The notes beneath the pieces were generated by a model. It was not told the origin of the DNA. It made no database searches and worked only from the letters and a program-made list of their open reading frames with translations. Made by a program: the position numbers and the translations under genes. Of a DNA stretch of 64,000 bases, positions 56,090-64,000 are shown piece after piece (the first letter of the stretch is position 1; every line of letters begins with the position of its first letter). Location: contig OZ242296.1 in NCBI GenBank assembly GCA_965207735.1, positions 2,144,001-2,208,000 of the forward strand, in the 5' to 3' direction. Origin of the DNA: Candidatus Versatilivorator sp. Its GTDB lineage: Bacteria; Acidobacteriota; Terriglobia; Versatilivoradales; Versatilivoraceae.

Positions 56090-57787
56090 CCCGCATTTCT
56101 CACCAGAGGTAGGAAGCATCGGTTCTCGGAATCTGGTAAAATACTCTTGTCTAAGGAGTTAACCAGATTCTTAAAGGAGAACCGATGCCGACACAGTGTA
56201 ACACCAAACCCCTGGAGTTTGAACCCCACGGCCGCCGCCGCGTGGTGGCTGATTTCGACGGCGGTCCCATCACTTCCGATGCCGGCTCCCTGCTGTTGCG
56301 CCGGGTGGATCGGGGCTTATCTCTCTCCGACCAGGTGGCCGACTGTTTCACCGATCACCGCGACCCCAAGCGGACCCAATACAGCCTGCGCACCCTCATC
56401 GCTCAGCGCATCCGTGGCATCGCCCTCGGCTACGAGGATCTCATCGACCACGACCAACTCCGTCACGATCCCCTCATGGCCTTGTTTTCAGAGAAAGGCC
56501 GTCGTGGCGACTCGCCTCCCCTGGCAGGCAAGAGCACCCTCAACCGACTCGAACACGCCCCCACCCAAGGCCCCACCCGCTACCACAAGATTGACCACGA
56601 CCCCGAGGCCTTGCAAGCCCTCCTGGTGAAACTGTTTCTGCAAGCCCATCCCCAACCCCCCGATGAGATCATCCTCGACCTCGACGCCACTGACGATCCC
56701 CTCCACGGGGAACAAGAGGACCGCTTCTTCCACGGCTACTACCGAGGCTACTGCTACCTGCCCCTCTACATCTTCTCGGGCCGCCATCTGCTCTCGGCCC
56801 TGCTCAGACCCGCCAACATCGATGCCTCCGCCGGCGCTCTGGAGCAGGTCCAGCGCATCGTCTCCCGCCTACGGCGTGTCTGGCCTCAGGTCAAGATCCT
56901 GCTGCGGGCCGACTCCGGCTTTGCCCGTGAGGAGCTGATGGGGTGGTGTGAGCAGCATCAGGTCGACTATCTCTTCGGCCTGGCCCGCAACTCCCGCCTC
57001 CAAGACGCCATCGCCCCCGAGTTGGCTCAGGCCCAGGCCCTCTCAGACCAGCAACAGCAGCCCGCCCGGATCTTCACCGACCTCTCCTACCGCACTCACA
57101 AGAGCTGGTCCCACGAGCGCCGCCTGGTCGCCAAAGCCGAGGTCCTGCCCCGCGGCCCCAACCCCCGCTTCGTCGTCACCTCTCTGTCGGTCCAGGACTA
57201 CCCCGCCCAGTTCCTCTATGAGAAGATCTACTGTGCCCGCGGTGAGATGGAAAACCGCATCAAGGAGCAGCAACTCGACCTGTTTGCCGATCGCACCTCC
57301 ACCCACTCCTTCCGGGCGAATCAGCTCCGGCTCCTGATGACCTCTTTCGCCTATGTGCTGGTGGAGGGCTTGCGCCGGCGGGCGCTGCAATCCACCTGCC
57401 TGGCCCGGGCCACCGTCGGTTCCATCAGACTCAAACTGCTCAAGATCGGCGCTCAGGTCACCATCTCGGTCCGTCGCATCAAGGTCGCCATGGCTTCCGG
57501 ATGTCCTTACCAGAGGGAGTTCCGCATCGCTTGGGCTCACCTGCCGCCCTGAGGTGCCCTGACCCGACCGTCACTCCTGGCCCTTGAAGACGCGGCCACC
57601 AGGCCCGATGGCAGAGGTGTCGCTGTTTTCGAGGGAAAATGCCGCCTGAGGTTCCTCGGAGAGCCTCAGAAGCCTCCGCTGTTGGCCTTTGCCTACCGAT
57701 CCAGCCACCAACGTTGTTAAACTCGGCCTCAAATGCCTCCATGGCCCCTTTTACCGCTCCTGTGCGAACTCTGGTGAGAAATGCGGG
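56090..57787 (+). mobile_element. IS1380-family insertion sequence
   Basis: 19-bp TIRs CCCGCATTTCTCACCAGAG / CTCTGGTGAGAAATGCGGG; CTAA target duplication at 56086-89 and 57788-91. Confidence 0.95.
56185..57552 (+). CDS. IS1380-family DDE transposase
   Basis: FDGGPITSDAG, GYEDL.DHD.LRHDP, LDLDATDDPLHGEQE, RADSGF, YCARGEMENRIKE. Confidence 0.96.
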   Translation: MPTQCNTKPLEFEPHGRRRVVADFDGGPITSDAGSLLLRRVDRGLSLSDQVADCFTDHRDPKRTQYSLRTLIAQRIRGIALGYEDLIDHDQLRHDPLMALFSEKGRRGDSPPLAGKSTLNRLEHAPTQGPTRYHKIDHDPEALQALLVKLFLQAHPQPPDEIILDLDATDDPLHGEQEDRFFHGYYRGYCYLPLYIFSGRHLLSALLRPANIDASAGALEQVQRIVSRLRRVWPQVKILLRADSGFAREELMGWCEQHQVDYLFGLARNSRLQDAIAPELAQAQALSDQQQQPARIFTDLSYRTHKSWSHERRLVAKAEVLPRGPNPRFVVTSLSVQDYPAQFLYEKIYCARGEMENRIKEQQLDLFADRTSTHSFRANQLRLLMTSFAYVLVEGLRRRALQSTCLARATVGSIRLKLLKIGAQVTISVRRIKVAMASGCPYQREFRIAWAHLPP

Positions 57788-57909
57788 CTAACGCTACGCT
57801 TTCCATGGGCTTACGCCCACGGCTACCTGCTGCCGCGGCTTCGCCGCTCGGCTCGAAGCCCGGGCCGGCGCCCTGCACCCCCGACGCGACGCTGGCTCTC
57901 ACTTACGAA

Positions 57910-58778
57910 ACGCCGCGTTGGCCCCCCTCCGGCGCGGCTTTGGGGCAACGCGTGCCGTTGAAGCAGGTCCGTCTCGCTTTGTGGCTCTGTGAGCACTGCC
58001 GATCGGCTCTTACGGGACGCCGAGTCTGCCCCCCTCCGGATCGACGGCGGGCGGAGCCCTTGTCTCTCCGACTCCCCCTCAAGGGGGGAGTGATACTTGA
58101 GGCTTGCATGGGGCGCCTTGCCCGTTTCCCGGGCGGGGTGTAAACCATGTTCCCGGTCTAAAGTGTAAACGCCGTTCCCGGTTTGTTCCCGTGTATCACT
58201 CCCCCCTTGAGGGGGAGTCGCAGAAGTCGAGCCGAATGGCGAAGGCTGATGCGGTGGGGGGCGGTCGCCGGCGCGGCTTTGGGGCGACGCGTGCCGTTGA
58301 AGCAGGTCCGTCTCGCTTTGTGGCTCTGTGAGTGCCGCTGATCGGCTCTTACGGGACGCCGAGTTTGCCCCCCTCCGGATCGACGGCGGGCGGAGCCCTT
58401 GTCTCTCCGACTCCCCCTCAAGGGGGGAGTGATACTTGAGGCTTGCATGGGGCGCCTTGCCCGTTTCCCGGGCAGGGTGTAAACCATGTTCCCGGTCTAA
58501 AGTGTAAACGCCGTTCCCGGTTTGTTCCCGTGTATCACTCCCCCCTTGAGGGGGAGTCGCAGAAGTCGAGCCGAATGGCGAAGGCTGATGCGGTGGGGGG
58601 CGGTCGCCGGCGCGGCTTTGGGGCAACGCGTGCCGTTGAAGCAGGTCCGTCTCGCTTTGTGGCTCTGTGAGTGCCGCTGATCGGCTCTTACGGGACGCCG
58701 AGTTTGCCCCCCTCCGGATCGACGGCGGGCGGAGCCCTTGTCTCTCCGACTCCCCCTCAAGGGGGGAGTGATACTTGA
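57910..58778. repeat. tandem array of family A REP-like units, period 339 bp, opposite orientation to the 33.3-kb array
   Basis: Near-identical units offset by 339 bp (e.g. 58104 vs 58443). Confidence 0.93.
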
Positions 58779-59160
58779 GTTTCTTGAAGGACGTTTTGCC
58801 AATTTGGGGAGCAGACGCCCGGAGATAATCAATTGAAAATCCTATACACCGGCAGTGTCGTGGGTTACGGGAGAGCCGCGTATGCGGCGGTTGGCGTGGG
58901 TCGTCCGAAGAAACGTCCCCTGCAAGCCATCCTTATAGAGCAGCGTAGCTGCGGCCTCGTGTAGCCCCGGGCGGAAGCCCGGGGGCGCGTGAGTTCTGCG
59001 CCAACCTAGCCGCGTAGGCGGCGAATCAAGAGCCTCCTCCCTGATCGCACGGCCTTCACAGAACGTCGCCAACCACACTTCCGGTTGACGCCCCTCGGGT
59101 GGCTTCCTTAAGATGGGTGGCTTCGCCTTGGCCTGAGACCTGCCGGGGCCGCCTGTTTCC

Positions 59161-61275
59161 ATGCGCATCGGCATCGACATCGGAGGGACCTTCACCGACA
59201 TCGTGTGCGTCACCCGGCAGGGGTCCCTGCTGGTGCGCAAGGTTCCCTCCACCCCCGACGACTACAGCCGGTCGGTGCTGGAATGCCTGCCCGGCCTCTT
59301 CGAGGAGGCGGGGTCGGGACCGAGCCAGGTCCAGGAGGTCATCCACGGGACCACGGTGGCCACCAACGCCCTCCTGCAGGGCAGCGGGGCCCGCACCGCC
59401 CTGATCACCACCGAGGGGTTTCGAGACGTGCTGGAGCTGCGGCGCATCCGCATGCCCGAGCTCTACAACTGGGACTGGGACAAGCCGCCCGACCTGGTCC
59501 CCCGGCGCCTGCGCCGGGAAGTCCGGGAACGGATGGACGCTCAGGGCGCGGTGCTTCACCCCCTGGATTGCCCCCAGGCCGAGCGGGTGATCGACGAGAT
59601 CACCGTCGGCGGCGTCGAGTCCCTGGCCGTCTGCCTGATCAACTCCTACGCCAACCCGGAGCACGAGGAGAAGCTGGCCGTCATGATCCGGCAGAAGCAT
59701 CCCGACCTGCCGCTCAGCCTTTCCAGCCACATCCTGCGGGAGGTGCGGGAGTACGAGCGCACGGCAACCACGGTGGTCAACGCCTACGTGCTTCCCATCG
59801 TGCAGCGCTACGTCCAGTCGCTGCAAGCGGCCTTCGCGCGGCTGGGCATGGGGGCGCCCCTGCTCATCATGCAGTCCAACGGCGGTGTGATGACCGCCGA
59901 GGCCTGCCGGCGGCAACCCGTCTACATCATCGAGTCGGGCCCGGCGGCCGGGGTGATCGCCTCCCAGGAACTGGCCAGGCGCATGAACCTGGACAACGTC
60001 ATCACCTTCGACATGGGGGGCACCACCGCCAAGGCCTCCATCATCGAAGAGGGCGCCCTCCAGATCGCCGCCGAGTACGAGGTGGGGTCCTCGCTCTCCA
60101 GCGTCAGCCGCCTGATCAAGGGAGGCGGGCACCTGATCCGCATTCCGGCCATCGACGTGGCCGAAGTGGGGGCCGGGGGAGGCAGCATCGCCTGGCTGGA
60201 CGCCGGCGGGGCCCTGAACATCGGCCCGCGCAGCGCCGGGTCCTCTCCGGGTCCGGTCTGCTACGACCAGGGGGGGACCGAGGCCACCATCACCGACGCC
60301 AACCTGGTGCTGGGCTACATCAATCCCGAGGGACTGGTGGGCGGCGGCCTGCCCCTCAATCGCCGCAAGGCCGAGCAGGCCCTCTCGGAACAGGTCGCCG
60401 AGCCCCTGGGCCTGGACCTGATCCAGGCGGCCTACGGCGTGCACCTGTTGGCCAACGCCGCCATGATCCGGGCGGTGCGGGCCGTCTCCACCGAGCGTGG
60501 CCGTGACCTGAGGGAGGCGGTCCTGTTCGCCTTCGGCGGCAGCGGCCCCATCCACGCCTGCGGCATGGCGGGCTCCCTGGAAATGACCCGGGCGGTAGTC
60601 CCCCTCCACCCCGGACTCTTCAGCGCTTTCGGGCTGCTGTCGGCCGACATCGAGCACCATCGGGTCCAGACCTGCTACCAGGACTCCCGTACCGCCGACC
60701 TGGAACGCCTCAACCAACTCATGGAGCGCATGCAGTCCGAGGTGACGCGGCTGCTGGAGGAAGAGGGGTTCGCTGCCGGCGAGATCCGCATCCTGCGCAA
60801 AGCCGATCTGCGCTATACCGGCCAGTCCTTCGAGCTGTCCCTGCCCCTTCCCGAGGGCCCCCTGGACGCCGGCGTCATCCGCGGCCTGGAACAGGCCTTC
60901 GACGAGGAGCACCACAAGACCTACGGGCATCGAGCCCGTCCGGGAGAGGCCTATACGCTGGTCAACCTCCGCTTGATCGGCCGGGTGGCTCAGCGGCGCA
61001 GCCTGCTTGGCGACGGCGCCCCGGCTGCCGGCCGCTCCGCCCGCTCCCGCCGCAGAGCCTACTTCGGTCCCGATCAAGGGTGGATGGAGTGCCCGCTGCT
61101 GGCCAGAATCAACCTGAAGAGCTCCCGCCAGGGGCCCCTGCTGATCGACGAGTTCGACACCACCATCGTGGTCCCTCCCGGCTGGCAGGCCCGGGCCGAC
61201 GGCTCCGGCAACCTGTCGCTACGCCTGACCGAACCCTCCAGCGAGGAAAACCGGTCCGGAAAGGTCCTGCCATGA
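59161..61275 (+). CDS. hydantoinase/oxoprolinase subunit A
   Basis: IGIDIGGTFTD, HGTTVATNA, ESGPAAG, DMGGTT, GAGGGS, SAGSSPGP. Confidence 0.95.
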   Translation: MRIGIDIGGTFTDIVCVTRQGSLLVRKVPSTPDDYSRSVLECLPGLFEEAGSGPSQVQEVIHGTTVATNALLQGSGARTALITTEGFRDVLELRRIRMPELYNWDWDKPPDLVPRRLRREVRERMDAQGAVLHPLDCPQAERVIDEITVGGVESLAVCLINSYANPEHEEKLAVMIRQKHPDLPLSLSSHILREVREYERTATTVVNAYVLPIVQRYVQSLQAAFARLGMGAPLLIMQSNGGVMTAEACRRQPVYIIESGPAAGVIASQELARRMNLDNVITFDMGGTTAKASIIEEGALQIAAEYEVGSSLSSVSRLIKGGGHLIRIPAIDVAEVGAGGGSIAWLDAGGALNIGPRSAGSSPGPVCYDQGGTEATITDANLVLGYINPEGLVGGGLPLNRRKAEQALSEQVAEPLGLDLIQAAYGVHLLANAAMIRAVRAVSTERGRDLREAVLFAFGGSGPIHACGMAGSLEMTRAVVPLHPGLFSAFGLLSADIEHHRVQTCYQDSRTADLERLNQLMERMQSEVTRLLEEEGFAAGEIRILRKADLRYTGQSFELSLPLPEGPLDAGVIRGLEQAFDEEHHKTYGHRARPGEAYTLVNLRLIGRVAQRRSLLGDGAPAAGRSARSRRRAYFGPDQGWMECPLLARINLKSSRQGPLLIDEFDTTIVVPPGWQARADGSGNLSLRLTEPSSEENRSGKVLP

Positions 61276-63026
61276 CCCCTCAACGCGATTCCAGGGTCGA
61301 CCCCATTACCCTGGGCTTGATCCGAAACACTCTCAGCAGCGTCGCCGACGAAATGGCCAACACCGTGATCCGGACAGCCTACTCCACGGTGATTCGAGAC
61401 TGCATGGATTTTTCCACGGCCCTGTGCGACCGCGAAGGCCGGATGATCTCCCAGGGGGTGACCATCCCCTTCCAGTTGGGATCCATTCCCTTCGCCCTGG
61501 CGTCCACCCTGAACAAGTACCGGGGCCGGGTGCGTCCGGGCGACGTGTTCATCATGAACGATCCCTTCGATGGAGGCATCCACCTGCCCGACATCTTCAT
61601 TTTTCAACCCGTCTTCCACCGGGATTCCCTGGTGGGTTTCTCGGCGGTGGTAGCCCACCACCTGGACGTCGGCGGACGGGTGCCGGGCAGCGCCGCCTGC
61701 GACAACACCGAGATCTTCCAGGAAGGGCTGCGCCTGCCGCCTCTGAAGCTCTACGAGGAAGGCCGCCCCTCGGAAAGCATCTTTCAGATCCTGGAGAAGA
61801 ACGTCCGCGTCCCGGTGATGACCCTGGGAGACATCCGGGCCAAGCTCTCGGCCTGCAAGACCGGCGAGAAGGGCCTGCTCAAGCTGGTGGACCGCTACGG
61901 GTCCGAGGTCCTGGACCGCTACTACGAAGAGCTCCTGGATCTGACCGAGAGGGTGGTGCGGGCCGAGATCCGTTCCTGGCCCGACGGGGAATATGTCTTC
62001 GAGGATTACCTGGACAACGACGGAGTGGACGCGGGGACCATTCCGCTCAAGGTCAAGCTGGGCGTGCGGGGGGACTGCCTGGAAATCGACTTTACCGGGA
62101 GCAGCCCCCAGGTGAAGGGCGGCATCAACTCGCCCTTCCCCTTCACCGTCTCCTGCTGCGGGTACGCGGTGCGCTCCATGATGCGGGCCGACATCCCCAA
62201 CACCTCGGGTTTCTTCCGACCCCTGGAGGTCATCGCCCCGGAGGGCTCCATCCTGAACCCGGTCATGCCGGCCGCCTCCAGCATGCGGGGCGTGGTGGGC
62301 TTCCGCCTGTCGGACGCCCTGTTCGGCGCCCTGGCCCAGGTGCTGCCCGACCGGGTGCCGGCCGCGGGCGAGGGAGGCAACTCCCTGATCGTGATCGGCG
62401 GCTACCGCAAGGGACGGGATCCCTTCGTCATGTTCGACCTGGTGGCCGGGACCTGGGGCGCCCGTCCCAACAAGGACGGCAACGACGGCCTGACCAACCC
62501 CGGGGCCGTCATCTCCAACATCCCGGCCGAGCTGATGGAGCTGGAATACCCGGTGCGGCTGGAACAGTACGCCCTGGCCGCTGACAGCGGCGGGGCCGGC
62601 CGCTACCGGGGCGGCCTGGCCGTGGTCCGGGACTGGCGCTACCTGGGGGAGGAACCGGCCAACCTGACCATCCGCTCCGACCGCCGGGAGCATCTGCCCT
62701 TTGGCCTCTACGGCGGCCAGCCCGGATCGGGCTCCATGAGCATCCTGAATCCGGGGCGGGAGGACCAACGCACCCTCCCCACCATGGTGACCGAGACCAT
62801 GCAGCCGGGGGAGCTCATCCGTCACATCCAGCCCGGAGGCGGCGGCTGGGGGGACGCCATGATCCGGGACCCGGAAGCCGTCCGCCAGGACGTCCTGGAC
62901 GGCAAGGTGTCCGCCGAGGCGGCCAGGGAGTCCTACGGGGTGGTCCTGCGTCCGGGAAGCCTGGAGATCGACCGGGAAGCCACCCGCAAGCGACGCGAGG
63001 GGATCCGCGAAGGGCGTGACGGCTAA
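61272..63026 (+). CDS. hydantoinase B/oxoprolinase subunit
   Basis: ATGA overlap; RTAYS.VIRD..DFS, NDPF.GG.HLPD, HHLDVGG, EIFQEG, DSGGAGRYRGG, PGGGGWG. Confidence 0.95.
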   Translation: MTPQRDSRVDPITLGLIRNTLSSVADEMANTVIRTAYSTVIRDCMDFSTALCDREGRMISQGVTIPFQLGSIPFALASTLNKYRGRVRPGDVFIMNDPFDGGIHLPDIFIFQPVFHRDSLVGFSAVVAHHLDVGGRVPGSAACDNTEIFQEGLRLPPLKLYEEGRPSESIFQILEKNVRVPVMTLGDIRAKLSACKTGEKGLLKLVDRYGSEVLDRYYEELLDLTERVVRAEIRSWPDGEYVFEDYLDNDGVDAGTIPLKVKLGVRGDCLEIDFTGSSPQVKGGINSPFPFTVSCCGYAVRSMMRADIPNTSGFFRPLEVIAPEGSILNPVMPAASSMRGVVGFRLSDALFGALAQVLPDRVPAAGEGGNSLIVIGGYRKGRDPFVMFDLVAGTWGARPNKDGNDGLTNPGAVISNIPAELMELEYPVRLEQYALAADSGGAGRYRGGLAVVRDWRYLGEEPANLTIRSDRREHLPFGLYGGQPGSGSMSILNPGREDQRTLPTMVTETMQPGELIRHIQPGGGGWGDAMIRDPEAVRQDVLDGKVSAEAARESYGVVLRPGSLEIDREATRKRREGIREGRDG

Positions 63027-63094
63027 AAAGGGCAATCCACGAAGGAAGTGTCGAGCCAAGCCGCGCGTCGCGGCCTGACACGCCCCGGCGTCCG

Positions 63095-63512
63095 CCCCCG
63101 ACCGCATCAGCCTTCGCCATTTGGCGCTGCCGTTCGGAGGCGCCGCGTTGGCCCCCCTCCGCATCAGCCTTCGCCATTCGGCTCGACTTCTGCGACTCCC
63201 CCACCGCAACCGACGCACGCCGGCGGTTACCGCTACGGCGCACAAGATCTCGCCTTTGGCTCGCCTTGTGCGAACCCCCCTCCGCATCAGCCTTCGCCAT
63301 TCGGCTCGGCTTCTGCGACTCCCCCTCAAGGGGGGAGTGATACCCGTGTTATGAAGAGGCAACGGAGTTAATGCGGTAGACCGGGAACATGGTTTACATC
63401 CTGCCCAGGAATCGCGCAATAAGCCCTCTACAGGCCACAGTATCACTCCCCCCTTGAGGGGGAGTCGGAGAGACAAGGGCGCAGCCCGCAGTCGATCCGG
63501 AGGGGGGCAGAC
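63095..63512. repeat. family A REP-like mosaic
   Basis: Repeated CCGCATCAGCCTTCGCCATT and CTCCCCCTCAAGGGGGGAGTGATA; largely the reverse complement of 42710-43072. Confidence 0.88.
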
Positions 63513-63595
63513 TCGGCGCCCCTTGAGTGCAGGGTAGCGGCGTGTGGGCGGTGTCGTTCTGGTAAGGCTGTGGGTTTCGGGACGGCGCTCTTGAT

Positions 63596-63925
63596 TCGCC
63601 GCATTCGCGGCTGCGTTAGCGCGGAATTCATACGACCCCGGGCTCCCGCCCGGGGCTACACGAGGCCGCAGCTCCGCAGCTCTAAAAGGATGGCTTGTAG
63701 GGGACGTCTCGCCAGGTTACCGACTCCAACCGCAGCTTCGCAGCTCCCCCCAACCCACGACACTGCAAGCAGAAACGTGCTTTTTTTGGATAATGGCCCA
63801 GGGGTTCGAGTGGAGCGGTGTGGCCGGGATTGATGGTTCGCACCCGAGAAAACACCGCTCGTGCCGGCTTCCTTTTCGAGCGGCGAAGCCGCGGCAGCAG
63901 GTAGCCGTGGGCGTAAGCCCATGGA
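63596..63925. repeat. family B-related REP-like elements
   Basis: CCCCGGGCTCCCGCCCGGGGCTACACGAGGCCGCAGCT (inverse similar to 58940-58990) and GCGGCAGCAGGTAGCCGTGGGCGTAAGCCCATGGA. Confidence 0.7.
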
Positions 63926-64000
63926 TCAGGTTGGTGATCGAAGTTATTCCAGTAATTCAACAACGTCCCCTATTTGCGTCCTAAGTTGACGGCCCTGCGG

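Noticed and set aside
57823-58832. ORFs with repeated peptides inside the REP arrays (e.g. MVYT..SITPPLRGSRR)
   Set aside because: They are by-products of GC-rich repeats with a period divisible by 3; they occur in several frames and strands with no RBS or protein-like composition.
58868-58915. GAGAGCCGCGTATGCGG resembling group II intron domain V
   Set aside because: The downstream half of the DV hairpin is absent, and there is no RT/maturase or 5' intron end.

Overview
High-GC bacterial chromosomal window. The gene content (SurA-like PPIase, DUF1501 with DUF1549/DUF1553, a 'MARGWESK' protein, a giant Ig/FN3/cadherin surface protein) is most consistent with an Acidobacteriota genome, possibly host-associated; this is an inference. 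The left third (1-21025) is a genomic island integrated at the 3' end of tRNA-Ser(TGA). It carries a P4-like integrase, a small ssDNA-binding-like protein, a split LuxR-type regulator, a single-polypeptide sensor kinase/response regulator and a 4845-aa subtilase-adhesin. A second island of about 4.3 kb (28831-33167) has its own P4-like integrase but no tRNA. Its ends rejoin into a copy of an abundant REP-like repeat, so it appears to use REPs as attachment sites. It also contains two ~460-bp diverged inverted repeats with covarying hairpins that bracket an 11-Cys peptide and small membrane proteins. The rest is core or metabolic genes (GT9, DtnK/PdxA2-like, LarA-like, TonB receptor, suhB, accD-folC, MFS, tRNA-Arg(CCG), hydantoinase A/B). 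These are interspersed with two REP-like repeat families (including ~339-bp tandem arrays), an IS1380 inserted in a REP, and an IS1380-derived MITE between accD and folC. All family calls are by motif recognition, not database search.
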